64,000 nucleotides of DNA from Tubiluchus corallicola (taxonomy: Eukaryota > Animalia > Priapulida): positions 186,001 through 250,000 of the forward strand of contig JAQGDQ010000336.1 of NCBI GenBank assembly GCA_030141605.1. The letters are read 5' to 3'. Position numbers and translations under genes: made by a program. Under the pieces are notes generated by a model that had not been told where the DNA came from, made no database searches, and saw only the letters and a list, made by a program, of their open reading frames with translations. Positions 43,683-57,597 of this stretch are shown in pieces. How positions within the stretch are numbered: the first letter of the stretch is position 1; each line of letters opens with the position of its first letter.

Positions 43683-46600
43683 TACCACCATAAAGCCTAC
43701 GTCGCCACCTACATAAAATATAATTTAACTACAAATGAAAACAAGCGTGGCCCTTAATAGTACCTCAAGCAGTCAGGTAGCACAAAAAATGACAGAACAG
43801 CTGCAAATGGAACAAATAGCGACCCGTGACCTGGCACCCCAAATTCGAGGTCCAACTTTACCTGCATTAACGCCATGCAGTGAACTTACATGACAAGGAA
43901 ACTTAGAAACTTTCTCAATTTATCACTGTCTTTATTTGTTATTGAAACACCGAAATTAGAGTTCTTCAGTTTGTTGCCTATGCATGATTTGGTGCTGAAA
44001 GATAATTTCAGCTTATTTTATTTGTTACATACAGAAACTTCCACATGTCATTTAAGCACAACCAAGTGGCCAAATGCGACGAGCAAATATAATTAGTGAA
44101 TACTTACAATGTGTAAGTTAATGAAGGTGGGTCAAGTGAGAAGCTTATCCTACGCCAGGGACATTAACTACAGTTACAACACAACAAAATTAGGCCAAAG
44201 TGTTCATTTATGATGAAGTTACAAGTCAGAGGTGTTAATTAGTATACTCTTGAGTTTTTGATTACATCTGCATAGGTATTTGATAGCCGTGCATCTTACC
44301 CCTGACCTAGGGTTTGGAGACAGTGCAGGTAACTAGTGCAAGTCGTGTGTGTACACACAGACTGCGGTCACTGTTATCATAATAACCAGAGAGTTACAAT
44401 GCAACCCCAGGAAGTGACCATTGTCAAGCAGATTCAGCGGAAACCGATCTGAATGGGTGTGCAAGTATGAAAACAAGATGGCTAGATGCGACACAAAGTC
44501 TCTCCTCGCTTTCCTCCTACGGCGCTTTCACGACTCATGAATGACAAGAAACCCCCCACACCGATAAAACGTGGCATTTTCTACAAAATGTCAATGATTA
44601 CAGCCAAATTTAGGGGAAAACTCAGAATGTTTTAACCTCGCTGTCTATTGTTACAACTCAATATGTATAAAATTATACAGTATAATAAAACATAATTGCG
44701 CACAAAGGCAAATAATAAGTATAATAATAAGAATGGGGGGCTTGATGAGCTTTGCCGAACGCGAAAGGTTTTTTGGGTGAAAGCAGTTTTTAGTAGACGT
44801 TTCTAAATACATATTAGTTCTATTCCCGTTAAGTTATTTCATCATAAAGCACCAGGTAATAAATTGATCAAGTCAATCTTAAATTATCGAGCAAAATCTT
44901 GAAGTCTTTTGAAAAACATGCACACATGCAACATATAGAACTGTTAAATGTAGAACCTTTATAGTTACATGTTTTGATTATTAAAAAAAGAACAACTTTG
45001 TTTTTAACGTATTATGTTACTCATTCTTGCATGTACAATTATTGCTAGATTATATAATATTTTTTCAGCTTTTCTCAACAATTAAATGAGCCTTTATTTC
45101 TCAACATTGATTTATAGAAAACTACTTTTAATATTTCTGACTGCATTTATGATGAAATTCCTACATTGTTTCTGCGTATTCAATTTACGAAAAAATCTTC
45201 CAGAGCCCCAATCACCTTGGTAGAAATTTTGCATTACAATATGCGTACAATAATAAACCTACATTATTGCCATATAATACTAGTATTTACTTCTATTCAT
45301 ATTGCCAATTTTACATATGATAATAATGATAATTAATACCATACATACCATAGTACGATTGCCGAATGCGCTTCATAAAATTTTTTTAAAACCTAAAAAT
45401 TGTATAAAATTGTTAATGGGAGGCACTGCAACGCCCCACAAGTTTAAGCCGCAGCACCAAAAGAAAAACTACCGTTTTTTTATGGTAAAATAGTCACTTT
45501 GACGTAAAAACATCTAGACAAACAATGTTGGCATTTTTTGTACAGCTTGGTACTCTGCAAGCTGGAAGCAATAGTCAACAGTAAGTTGTGGCAGGACCGG
45601 AATCAGCAAAATTATCAAGGATAATGCTCTGAGCGCGGCTCACGCTAAGATGTAGTTGAAGCATCTTAACCACTCAAATTAAATGTACACTTGTCCTCTC
45701 TCAATGGGAAGAGTAACCCTGTGCGTCCTCCCTTAACGAGAAGATAACTCGGGACAGTATAGACTAGACGTTGACAGGAAACAGTTTTCCTGGCGATCAC
45801 AATCCATTTACTGACCAATCTGGCTTGCTTAACTTCGGCAAATAAATGCCCATATTTAAGGCATGCGTTTTACGGTTTTAAATTAGTAATGTGTTGCAGA
45901 AGACGCGTAAATAAAAAATAAAAATATCAATTGAGGGTTTGTTGAACTTGAACATTTTTAGCAATTTACTAAATCGTCACAAAATGTTGTAGTGAGTTTC
46001 TCTCGACAGCGATACGCTCAATGATGCTGCAGAGTAGTCGAGCTAATGCATAAAAATCATTGCCACGAAAATTAAAGGGATAAATTAGAACTACAGACAC
46101 AGAAACAAAAACGAAAAACACAGACCACTGACTACAGCAAATCGAAATAATTCCATTCAATAAATATATAAACTAAATATGCAATCCTTGCTGGGCCTAC
46201 TTCTCTCAATGTTATTATAACGATCATTCGAGCAAAAACGCGCAGTACGGCAGGAATTTTCATACAGATGAATTTTTATCAGTAAGCAATAAATGACAGA
46301 TCCTTAAAGTAAAATGACATATTCCTCGAAATCCAGAAAATGGTAAAAATCCACTAAAGCAACAGTGAGAGAGGAAAGACCTATTTATCTCACTTATGGG
46401 ATTAGCAACGGTGCAGAAAAACTCGAATTTGGTAACTGAATTGGCTAAACTACCTTGACATTATAAACAGAGCTCGTGCGCAAATATTCAATGCTTACAT
46501 AGCAAATTATATGCTTACACATATGATTAAATATTGCTGAAGTTTACTTGCCCGACGTTACAGTTTTACGCCTCATGTTCACTCAAATTTGCTCATTAAA

Positions 46601-46872
46601 AACGCAGCGTCAAATACTGTTATTTGACTGAATACTTGAAAAGTAGGCCTACGACCACCTAACAAAAAACTAATTTATTTAAAAAGATGCTACTGTCAAG
46701 TTAATTTAGAAACTCTTGTTACAGCTCTGTTCAATTCTGAATGAATATGGAAGAAAATTTTTAGCATGTAACAAAGCATTTACGCGTTGAAAACAAGAAA
46801 AGATCACTATATATGTTTAATGAAGTCTTTACGCCATTTTAAGTCTATTTTTACCAATTTATATTTATGAAA

Positions 46873-47137
46873 CTTTGAGACATTTTGAACATGTCCACTA
46901 AGTCAACTACTATTTGTAGCTTTGAGACATTTTGAACATGTCCCTAAGTCAACTAATACTTGTAGCTTTGAGACATTTTGAACATGTCCACTAAGTTGAC
47001 TAATACTTGTAGCTTTGAAACATTTTGAACACGTCCACTAAGTTGACTAATACTTGTAGCTTTGAAACATTTTGAACACGTCCACTAAGTCAACTGCTAT
47101 TTGTAGCTTTGAGATGATTGTGAACATGTCCACTAAG
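46873..47137. repeat. ~47-bp minisatellite, about 5.6 copies
   Basis: Unit CTTTGAGACATTTTGAACATGTCCACTAAGTCAACTAATACTTGTAG in tandem with few substitutions. Confidence 0.95.
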
Positions 47138-48129
47138 AACTAAAATGCCGTGACTTTGTACATAAGCTATCAACTGTTTAACACTTTCTATGTAATGTTC
47201 TTGAAATTAGCGCCCCTTCAAACGGTTGAGTTGGCTTATCTAAAGCTATTTCACACAACATGTTTATTGAGCGCAGACGATCTTTTCGACTATAACCGTC
47301 ATTTTCAGTACTATGAATCACGCCAAAAAAGCAATTATTAGTACAATTATGATACTAAAATGTCAAGGAACAAAATGTTATGTCAGGATTGAGAAAGTAG
47401 AACTTGTGTTGTCAAAATCAATGTGGATAAAAGCAGGAGAAAGTAACCTTACATGTGTGCTTGCAAGTCAAAACCGCTCATAAGTCGGCATAGTTAAAAC
47501 TACGTTATGGCGCTTCAGAGTAGACTACACCAAAGATTTGGTCAAAGGTCGATTTTTTGTCTTTTATGAAAACAAATGCTAAATGTATTCAACTTTTATA
47601 TTCTAGCTTCAAATTATCAAGAAAATGTTTAAAAAATATTAAAAATCTAATTTTTTAACCTCGTACCCACTTCTCTGGTATTTTCAAACTCCGATTGTAG
47701 CTCGTGGAAGCTGTCATTTTGCTTCGGGTTTTTTCTGTTGACAAGCCCAGATCTTTGTCTGGAAGAGCCATCTACTTCCAAAGTCCATAGCAACCAACAT
47801 TTATACGGTTGCTAAGTGCTTTGTAGAAACACGACAAAAAACAATGGCTGACTTTAACAGTGATTTTCTCAAGATTATGTTTTTCAGTGTGTAGCGTGTA
47901 CCTCAACTTCAACGTGGATTATCTCAGCTTTGAAATAACATAGTGATGAACTTGGTATCAAAATGATCCTCATGAAATGGAGATTCACAATATGTGAATG
48001 ACTAGAAAAGCTTAAGCTCTAAAAACAATCGTCTCTGCTTAATCAACATGTTGATTCCTACAAGCTTCTTCCATACACTTCATCCACACAGTTTACGACA
48101 CAATATTATTATATTAAGGACACTAGTAC

Positions 48130-48255
48130 CTCTTTCGATCACCAGGGGTGCATCCGGTCCAATCAGCATAGCTATGCCACCAGCTCCACCTGTACATCTG
48201 GCATTTCCGGTAGCGTAAACGGCAATGTCGCCGGCGACAACTACGGCGTATCTTC
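48130..48255 (-). CDS. HMGCS1: HMG-CoA synthase second coding exon (126 nt); no further exon found in the window
   Basis: tgttacag|GA...AGAG|GTACTA, phase 1 to phase 1. Translates (G)[41 protein letters not shown](G), the expected continuation of HMGCS. Confidence 0.95.
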
Positions 48256-48378
48256 CTGTAACATACAGATACGCACATTAACGTTAAAACAGGTGGAATG
48301 TAATCGGGCAGACTAAAGGACAACAGCATTTAATTTTAAAACTTCGGCTCAAAATAATCTAAAATTTAAAATATTTAA

Positions 48379-49046
48379 AGGGATCAGGGTTTCCTTGCCT
48401 ACGTCACAAAGCAGCAAGGTATTTTCTCAAACTTGTGCACAACTCGCTCATGGAAAGTTTCTGCCATTAGTAAATTACTAGCAAAGGCCCCGAAAAAAAA
48501 TTTTGTGTATAAATACACTTATAATCAATAATACGCGAACATCCTACACAGTCCTCATTTATAACTCAATGCCCGTAGCAGGTTTTACTGAATTAAAGTT
48601 ACAGGCAGAGTATAATGGATGACGTCAGAATTGCCGAAAACTACACCCACCGCTGAACGGGCTATCTATCCATAGCCAACACCGCCCCCGGCCCGTTCTG
48701 GTTCTTCAGAACTAAGAGGTATAAGTTTTGCAAAAAACGACCGAAAAATGGCCATTTTTGGTTATCCCGGTGGGCCCGATTCGAAAAATAATCGTTTGAT
48801 GTATAGATCGCCGCAAATGGTGCTGTCGTCGAAGCTGTAGCCTCGAATCTTATATAAATATATATACCAGCAGAATTAATATATACGATGTTCCATTGTG
48901 ACGACATCGCTAGATTCATTGGGCAGTCATGAAATGAGTTTCTAAGCTAATATTTAAATATCAGAAACGTTTTCATAATGTCATAAGTAACAAAATGCTT
49001 ATTTGACACCCAATAAGACGCGGCCCGAAAAATCGCCCTGTTTGTC
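48379..49046. mobile_element. Possible TTAA-flanked non-autonomous DNA transposon (Kolobok-like) in an HMGCS intron
   Basis: TTAA on both sides, weakly inverted ends (AGGGATCAGGG versus GACAAACAGGG) and a CpG-richer interior. Confidence 0.3.
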
Positions 49047-49220
49047 TTAAGTTTTTAACATCGTGTTACTCTTAGCCATATCTAGCATTTAAAAATGAAA
49101 GCTAACATTCGAAACATAAGGCTGGTTTCACACTCGACACTCAAATGATTTGAGTACGGAAAAAAGCACTTTTCTCCTTCCCTGCTTTCCCTATTACTTC
49201 TAGATTTACTTCGGACAGTG

Positions 49221-49286
49221 TACACACTACACTTCAGAGTAATACACACTGCACTTCAGAGTAATACACACTGCACTTTAGAGTAA
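49221..49286. repeat. 22-bp tandem repeat x3
   Basis: TACACACTGCACTTCAGAGTAA repeated. Confidence 0.9.
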
Positions 49287-49458
49287 ACTGGATGCACCAT
49301 GACTAAATACACATTTTCCAGATTCTTGTTTGAGGCAGACAATGCCAAAGACCCAAACGTTGGCACCGAGATAAACCATTTCAACTACCGACATTTTCGA
49401 CTTATTAAAAATACAAGTGCTGCAATTACGCGAAGCGGTATAATATCATTATCCCTAC

Positions 49459-49906
49459 CATCCCATGAACTTGATTCAACCCAGTTTATTGCATTGAATA
49501 ATGCCGATGTGCCGCCGTAACAAGCATTTGTGGTGTCGATTCCCTCTACCGAACAATTTCCACTTTCCTCGAATAGCTGCATTAAACAGGTTTTTGTGCT
49601 CTTTGATTTGTCGATAATCGTTTCGGTCCCGACTTCTAACCGACCAATCATGTTGTACGTTATATTGTTTCGTTCCACAAGCCTTTGCAAAACAGTCAAA
49701 CATACGCTGCTAATATCTTCTCTGTCTGAACAAAATCCCATTTTTGATTGGCCTAAGCCAATTGTGTACTTTCCAGTTGAGACATCGTCAAATTTCTCCA
49801 GTTCAGTCTGTAGCACATATTGAGATGGAAAATATATTTCCATGGCAACAATCCCAACATCTTTAGGCCAATGTGCAGGCTCAGACATCTTTGCAAAACT
49901 AGGCAT
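49459..49906 (-). CDS. HMGCS1: Hydroxymethylglutaryl-CoA synthase (cytosolic type), first coding exon
   Basis: [19 protein letters not shown]...GKYTIGLGQ...[16 protein letters not shown]...[13 protein letters not shown] (catalytic Cys)...[10 protein letters not shown]. No mitochondrial presequence. Acceptor ttttttcag| puts the exon start at 49913, so a 5'UTR exon lies upstream. Donor G|GTAGGG after 448 coding nt. Confidence 0.97.
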
Positions 49907-50379
49907 GTTTTTACTGAAAAAAAGTAAAATTCAGTCACTGCAAAAAATGGACCTACCATAATAATAGTTATTGTATAACTCATTAAAATGATTAACTACT
50001 TATTTATACAAGCAAAACTAAAAATAAACACAATACCGGTTAAATTTATGCCTGAGCAACGTTTTGTTACAAAACAAAAAGTCAAGGTTTAAATTAGCTT
50101 TATAAATTAACAACAGTCAGAAATACACGAAGAAATTAATAACAAGGTTAAACAACAACTTCAAGAAATCGTTAGCTGGAACTGACTGTAATGTTCCCAA
50201 AAATTCAGTCACTCACTTTAAAAAGTTACAACCTTCAAGCCAATAAACTGAAACTAAATGTGCGACGCGTAAGCTTACAATTATTATTTTCACAAAAGTT
50301 AGTACTTGCTAAATTTCCAACGTAAAATGAACAGAAACCATGTCTGGTAAATCGTCAAATCCACGCCTTCGTTTCGCAC

Positions 50380-50480
50380 CGGTAACCGGAAGTTTGCATT
50401 ACGCACGTGCAGCACGATCAGGCGACCAGACAGCCAATAGTGTTGTGACTGACAGCTCAGCAGACACCTCACGCCATTCA
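50380..50480 (-). promoter_or_regulatory. Candidate HMGCS promoter: SRE-like element, CCAAT box, E-box and ETS site
   Basis: CpG-rich patch containing CTCACGCCAT (50468-50477), CCAAT (50434-50438), CACGTG (50404-50409) and CCGGAAGT (50386-50393). A minus-strand AAA|GTGAGT donor near 50217 could end a non-coding exon 1. Confidence 0.6.
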
Positions 50481-50631
50481 AGGACGGCTACCGTAAAGTT
50501 GACAAGGGCAATACACTACTAACAATAATTAACAATATTCTAGGCTTTCTAGCGAAACACTTTCGTGGAGGTTTTTTTTTGTAAGAGATGCTGCGACAGT
50601 GTATAAATGGTATCTATGTATAATGGCAAAA

Positions 50632-51025
50632 AAATAAAAGCAAATCATAACGCTGAAATCGTTGCGTTTCAAAGGCGAATTTACAAAAACATTTTGGGTA
50701 ATAGATGGCCAAAGAAAATTTCAAACAAAGATTTATATGAAAAAATAAAAGAAGAACCTTGGACAAGAAAAATAAAAAGACGCAGTTTAAGATGGATTGG
50801 GCATTTGCTTAGACTACCTGATGATATTCCAGTGAAGATAACAAGCTATAGAACGAGCTAAAAACCTGCAGGAGAACAAATGTTAACATATTTAGATTTT
50901 GCACTGAAAGATTTAAACACTTCAGCATAGATCCTTAGAAATAAATTCATTTGAGTCCTTGCAGCGTGTAGAGAGTCCTGGCGTAGGGAGGTGAGCAGAA
51001 TCATGTCACTGGACGTGTGATTTAT

Positions 51026-51102
<77 letters not shown>
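50632..51102 (+). mobile_element. 5'-truncated RTE-superfamily LINE fragment with a (GAT)n tail
   Basis: FQRRIYKNILGNRWPKKISNKDLYEKIKEEPWTRKIKRRSLRWIGHLLRLPDD is the RTE-type RT C-terminal signature. Ends in a perfect (GAT)n run at 51028-51102. Confidence 0.85.
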
Positions 51103-52345
51103 ATAATGGCGTCGTTCCCTTAAATGACTCAGGAGCATTAAAATTAAAATTTACAGATAATGCACAAACATATAAAAATACAACACAATAAAAATTACAT
51201 TAAGAATGAATAAAATTTATGAGTGTTGGAGAGACACAAAGAAAAAAGGTAGTTACACAAAAGAAAGTTATCATCATTAACAAAACAAAACAAAATAATT
51301 TAAAATTTGCTGCTAACACAAGCGAAGAACCAGATTTTCTTTTGAAACTCTGAAAACTAAGCCACCCTGAGGTCCCTGACCTTTTTTACATCAATTGGGA
51401 TGCACCACAGTTACACTTCCCAACACCCACCCCTTTTAACACACAGCAATTCATCTCCCAAATAGTGGCTGTGGAACTACGTACAAAGTAATCATATTGC
51501 TAGCAAGCCAACATGCTGGGTCAGAAACTACATATACAGCCTACTATGCATGCAAGTTTGTGTACAGATTAAGACTAAGATTAGTTCCTTAGTTCTGCAG
51601 CCACACAACTATATTAATAAGCCTTTTCACAGTTCGATTGGCGTTGATAGTGAAAAGGTCAAAGGTTAAGTTGCAGTTTCAACGCCTCAAAGCCCGTACT
51701 ATTGTAGCTGTTACAGTTTTAAGAACCTAACCTAGTTCGTTTTTTCTTATTCCAAAGCAAGTTTTTGCTAATAAATCTGTTTACGCACAGACTAATGTGC
51801 AAAAAAGCAAGTCCATGTAAAAAACTGAAGCTACTGAACCGATGCGGCAGGCAGCTTTGCTTTATCCCCCATGTGACGATTGTATTATTCCAACATTGTT
51901 AAGTGGGAGCGAGCTCCTGAAATGTGTGAATGTTGTAATGACGTAGAAGCTAGAGAGCTATACTATTCCAAAATTGGACTAGGCTAAGAACTTCTGAAAG
52001 TTATTACATGCTGTGATGACACAAATGGTAAAGAGCTATACTACTTCAAAGTGTCAACAGACACAAGCCATTGAACGATGGGAAAACCTGCAACGAGTTA
52101 ATATCTGAAAGCCATACTACTTACAGATCATAGCAAACTAGAAACTCATAAAAGATGAGAAAAACAGCAACAGCGCAAAATCTAGCGAACCATAGTACTT
52201 ATGGATTTTATTAAGGGGTGAAAAAGTCAAAGCTTATCGTCCAAGGGTCAAAGTCTGGGTTCAAGTTTGCTGAACTAATAGATCTATCTAAAGGCATTGT
52301 TATTACTATTATAATTTTTATTATTACTATTATTAATAAAATATA

Positions 52346-53025
52346 TAATATTATATTATATTGTATTGTATTGTATTGTGTTGTGTTGTGTTGTGTTGTG
52401 TTGTGTTGTGTTGTGTTGTGTTGTGTTGTGTTGTGTTGTGTTGTGTTGTGTTGTGTTGTGTTGTGTTGTATTGTATTGTATTGTATTGTATTGTATTGTA
52501 TTGTATTGTATTGTATTGTATTGTATTGTATTGTATTGTATTGTATTGTATTGTATTGTATTGTATTGTATTGTATTGTATTGTATTGTATTGTATTGTA
52601 TTGTATTGTATTGTATTGTATTGTATTGCATTGCATTGCATTGCATTGCATTGCATTGCATTGCATTGCATTGCATTGCATTGCATTGCATTGCATTGCA
52701 TTGCATTGCATTGTACTGTACTGTATTGCATCGCATCCTATCATATTAATCATATCATATCATATCATTACATTACATTAGATTATGTTATGTTATGTTA
52801 TGTTATGTTATGTTATGTTATGTTATGTTATGTTATGTTATGTTATGTTATGTTATGTTATGTTATGTTATGTTATGTTATGTTATGTTATGTTATGTTA
52901 TGTTATGTTATGTTATGTTATGTTATGTTATGTTATGTTATGTTATGTTATGTTATGTTATGTTATGTTATGTTATGTTATGTTATGTTATGTTATGTTA
53001 TGTTATGTTATGTTATGTTATGTTA
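52346..53025. repeat. Compound pentanucleotide microsatellite (ATTAT/ATTGT/GTTGT/ATTGC/ATCAT/GTTAT blocks)
   Basis: Directly visible; period 5 throughout. Confidence 0.98.
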
Positions 53026-53229
53026 CATATTATTACATCTTGTAGCATATAAGTAGCTATGAAATCGGATGAATAGGTGGTTAATTATCATAACAATTGC
53101 AGACGCATTCAATTTTTTTCAAAAACTTTTTTTTACATTTAGATCATCAAGATACAGAGGCTTATAAACCATCGTTCAGTTTTATATGCCAGACATATTC
53201 GGCTATCACACGCGAGAGCATTGTTCTAT

Positions 53230-53790
53230 TGTTTCGAGGTTCGCATTTCTGAAGTTCGAGTTCGAGTCAAAGAATTTCGTGTGCAAATCTATGACTTGAG
53301 TTTTTACCACTGACTATAGACAAGAAGCTCATGAAAGGTGAGAAGTGTCGTAATGCCGTAGGAAAAACAAAGATATATTTCTCCAAGACTGTAGCAGATG
53401 GAAACTCGAGGTTAGCATCGAAGGTCGAACTTTCCAATCGAGTTCGAATTTTAAAATTATAGGTTCGAATAATTCAGCGCTTTAACCACATACGTTCTTT
53501 TGTCGTTAAAATCCTTTAAAAGTCACGCAATTAGCACAATTTCATAACGGTTTTTACCCGCCATTTTTAAGCTAATCATTAGCAGTTTTATTGCAGAACA
53601 AAATCAAGTATTAGGGCCTGTGCCTGATCTTTGTAAAACTGCTTTTTACTGAGAGTTCGCTAACTTGTTCAAAAGGCTTTTAAATTCAATTCGTGTTCGA
53701 AATGCTGAGATTCGATTTGATTCGATTCTCAAAAATCACAAATTCAATTCGATTCGAATTCGATTTCTGGTGGAGGATGCTCACCCCCCA
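53230..53790. mobile_element. TTCGA-rich MITE-like repeat, copy 1
   Basis: Dense TTCGA(A/T) motifs, ending GCTCACCCC. Segment 53580-53785 is homologous in inverted orientation to 55319-55520. Confidence 0.6.
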
Positions 53791-54597
53791 CCCCCCCTAA
53801 TGGAGACTATGAAACGTGTGAAAAGCTACAATAGCTCAAAAGCCAAGGAACCTGTTGTGTTCTGTTTTTCTTAAACGGCTCGTAGAGAAAACCAGAAAAC
53901 ACGTTATCAAATTAAACAGGAGAATCCCTCAACACAAAGTATGAAGGAACGCAAAATGTGAATGGTCAAGTGATACAATAGCATACAATAATTTGAGAAT
54001 CCGAGATTAATGAGAGAATGCGAGAACATGAGAACAAAACTTGAGTGGCCAGCTCCGCCCTATATATCAATGCAAATGAACAATCTAGAAATAGAAAGTT
54101 CTCAAATCTTCTACATGGTGAGAAGGTTGTTCTACTATACTCTAGAATATTCCAGATCTCCACAACAGAACCATACTACTTATAGATTATAGCAGGTTAT
54201 AAATTCACGAACAGTATAACAGTGTAACTAATGGTTTAGAAGCTAGAGAGATATACAATTCTAAGATGGCTGCAGGAAAAAACTCCCGAAAGATAAGAAA
54301 AACTACAAAGGAAGTGATGAAAAGAGAAAAGTGAAGTCATGGTTTAGAAGCTAGAAGGTATCACTACCTTGAGATTGCAGCAGTTATATTCGTAATAAGT
54401 GTGTTATATTCTTCTACCACTTTACATCGATTTCTTTTTCGATAATGTGACTTTATCGCAGGTTATTTTCATCAGTTTTTGAGGATTGCTAATTGTATAC
54501 CGTATTTTTACCAAAAATGCATTGAATCTAATGTTTTTCTGTCCTTTCGCATTTGTGTTAATAATAATTCAATTTTGCTTCGACGAAGAGACAGGGG

Positions 54598-54870
<273 letters not shown>

Positions 54871-55318
54871 AAGCCACACGATGAGATGAATTTGAAGAAC
54901 CTGCAGAAGCGAATCGAATCGAAAGAAAACGAAAACTGCCTGGAAAACGCATTTTGGGTAGTTTTATATGAAAAAACAACTTCGCAGTTTGTCCAGGACA
55001 ATTCTAACCAGGACCGATCATACACCCCTTTTCCAGCTCTCTTTCTGCAAATTAGAACGAATAAGTTTCCTTCGCGATACAGCAAAGTTACCTGCAGATA
55101 GCTAGGTCAATTTGTACCATACCCAGATTGCTATATTTGCATAATTTTTACCCAGGCGTGTCTTTGTGTGGATACTAAGCAAATAGTAATTATAATCGCT
55201 GCTCTGTCGATCAGAAGTCATGAAGATCAGTGCATCAGCAGAATTGAACTATAGGTTCAACCATAGTGCAGCTTGGAGTCATAGATCTGGCATTGCATTA
55301 TAGTATTGTAGTTAAGCA

Positions 55319-55582
55319 TGAGCGTTCTCTACCAAAAAGCGAATTCGAATCGAATCGAATTTCGGTCTTTTGAATCCAAATCGAATTCGAATTGAGTTTG
55401 AAAGATTTTTGAACAAGTTTTCGAACAAGTTTTCGAATCACTAGTAAAAAGTTGTTTTACAGAGATCATGCAAGTTACTTGATTTTGGTCTGCAGTAGAA
55501 CCACTATTAGTTTGTTAAAAACTGCAGCTAAATTGTGCCAACTTCATGCTACGTTCGAACTCGAACGTTCGATACTCACCCC
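55319..55582. mobile_element. TTCGA-rich MITE-like repeat, copy 2 (inverted relative to copy 1)
   Basis: Its reverse complement aligns to 53580-53785 (TGCAGAxCAAAATCAAGTA...TGTAAAAC...AACTTGTTCAAAA...TTCGATTCGAATTCG). Ends TGAGCG.../...ACTCACCCC. Confidence 0.6.
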
Positions 55583-56243
55583 AATTGCAGTATTACAAAA
55601 AAAATAAATAAAATAAGATTGAAAAGAAAACAAAAGAATAATGTTAACAACTGCACAAAATAATTATATTGTTAATAAAAGCGTAGAAGAGCATGTCCTC
55701 GTTTATGTACGACAATGCCACTTCAACAATAGTAAAAATATGTATTGATGTAATAAACTCTCTTAAGGTGATATTCTTAACATGTATATTGAGAGTTAAG
55801 GCAATTCTCTCTGCATAAATCTACACATCTGTATGTGCATTGCTTACCATATCAACATTACATGTATTTACTATGCCTTTATGTCCTGGATATGTATGTT
55901 CAAATTTAAACCTAAGTCTCAACAGTTCTATCTTAGTACACTCACCTTTCCTTTACTTACTTAAGCAACTTGGTTATGCTCCATATGCGAACTTTATGCT
56001 CCATTTATCTCACCTTATTCTGAAATCTTCGTCAAAATAATTGCGCATATAATTAATTACTAATAGCAACATTACTTACAGGGAGGTTGACTTTGGTAAC
56101 TTTTAGTTTCTCACCACGCTTTCACCAATCACTCGAATATCATTAACTTGGATAATTTACTCATTTAATAATTTTGTCACTTTATATCATATTATCGTTT
56201 CATGCTCTGTGTTTTTCTTGTAAAAAAAGGTGATAAATAAAGA

Positions 56244-56533
<290 letters not shown>

Positions 56534-57597
56534 TATGCAGATGTACACGCAAAGAATGAATTTCAATTAGCGTTTTTGAATTACTAGTTTCAGTTGCACA
56601 TAACATACATTTAATTCTTAATGAGAAGAGTAGGAATATTAGTTTAAAAAAATCCACAGTGATAATATAAGAAAACAAAATTGATGCTTTATTCTGTCTT
56701 GAAAACAATTCAAAGCTTTATACCACTAAAATGCTGAAGGTGTCTGCCCGTTTCTTTGGTAATGATTTTTACTAATCATTTTAATTTTTCTCCTTAAGGA
56801 TTTTCTCCATATTATGTACGTATCAAACTACTAATTCATATCTGCTTAGTTGAAACTTTTCACTAATGAAACGTGCTTCTTTTATGAAAAAAACTTGCCA
56901 AAGCATGAAGCAGGACCAGGCTACTAAAACGACATATAATTATAACATGCTAAAGCCATTCCATGATAAAAGAAATTTAATGTTAGCTGTATACTAAACA
57001 GTTTTATTGCTCCCATATGCTTATTTATAATAGCTACAACCAAGCCATTACATCAGGGTCATATAGGGGACAAATTCGTAAATATAAATGCCTTGCAATG
57101 TAAATTACATTCACTTAATAGAGATGCAATAGACTCTAATCAGCCTGAAAAAACTGGGATCAATTTCATCACAGTGAGCAATATTTGCTCGACCAAACTG
57201 ATAATGCTGATTGGTATAGTAATCTGTTTATTATCTATTATTTGTACAGACAACAGGCTTACACAAACGGAGAAATTATTTTGTACACGTATAGAGAGAG
57301 ATATACTAGGCTACATGAACCCAGGGTATGTGATCAGAGTTCACGCATATTAATGCGATGCCTTTTTGACTCCTGGACCGCAGCATTACATTGAGGGAGT
57401 AGACGAAGGTTTAATTTGGATTTTTCTTCTGCTGAAGTTCTCAAAAATTTCGAAATGTTCATTCGCTTTTTTGTAAATCTCAGAGAATCTCTAACCGGCA
57501 GAGTTGTTGGTCCACAGATGTTTGTTAAATGCTCTTAGGGGTACCAAATTGTGACCAACCCTAACCCGTTTATTAGTGAAAGTGGAATGATCTTGCT

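Noticed and set aside
46873-47137. CRISPR-like array (also considered for 61680-62050)
   Set aside because: Animal genomic context, no unique spacers and no cas genes; ordinary tandem repeats.
49385-49458. C-terminal [23 protein letters not shown] of the 173-aa HMGCS ORF
   Set aside because: Read-through into the intron past the GT donor at 49458; the true continuation is the 48130-48255 exon.
53690-53765. Heat-shock elements in the GAA/TTC-rich tracts
   Set aside because: The spacing is mostly TTCGAA/TTCGA rather than nGAAnnTTCn arrays; explained by MITE subterminal repeats.
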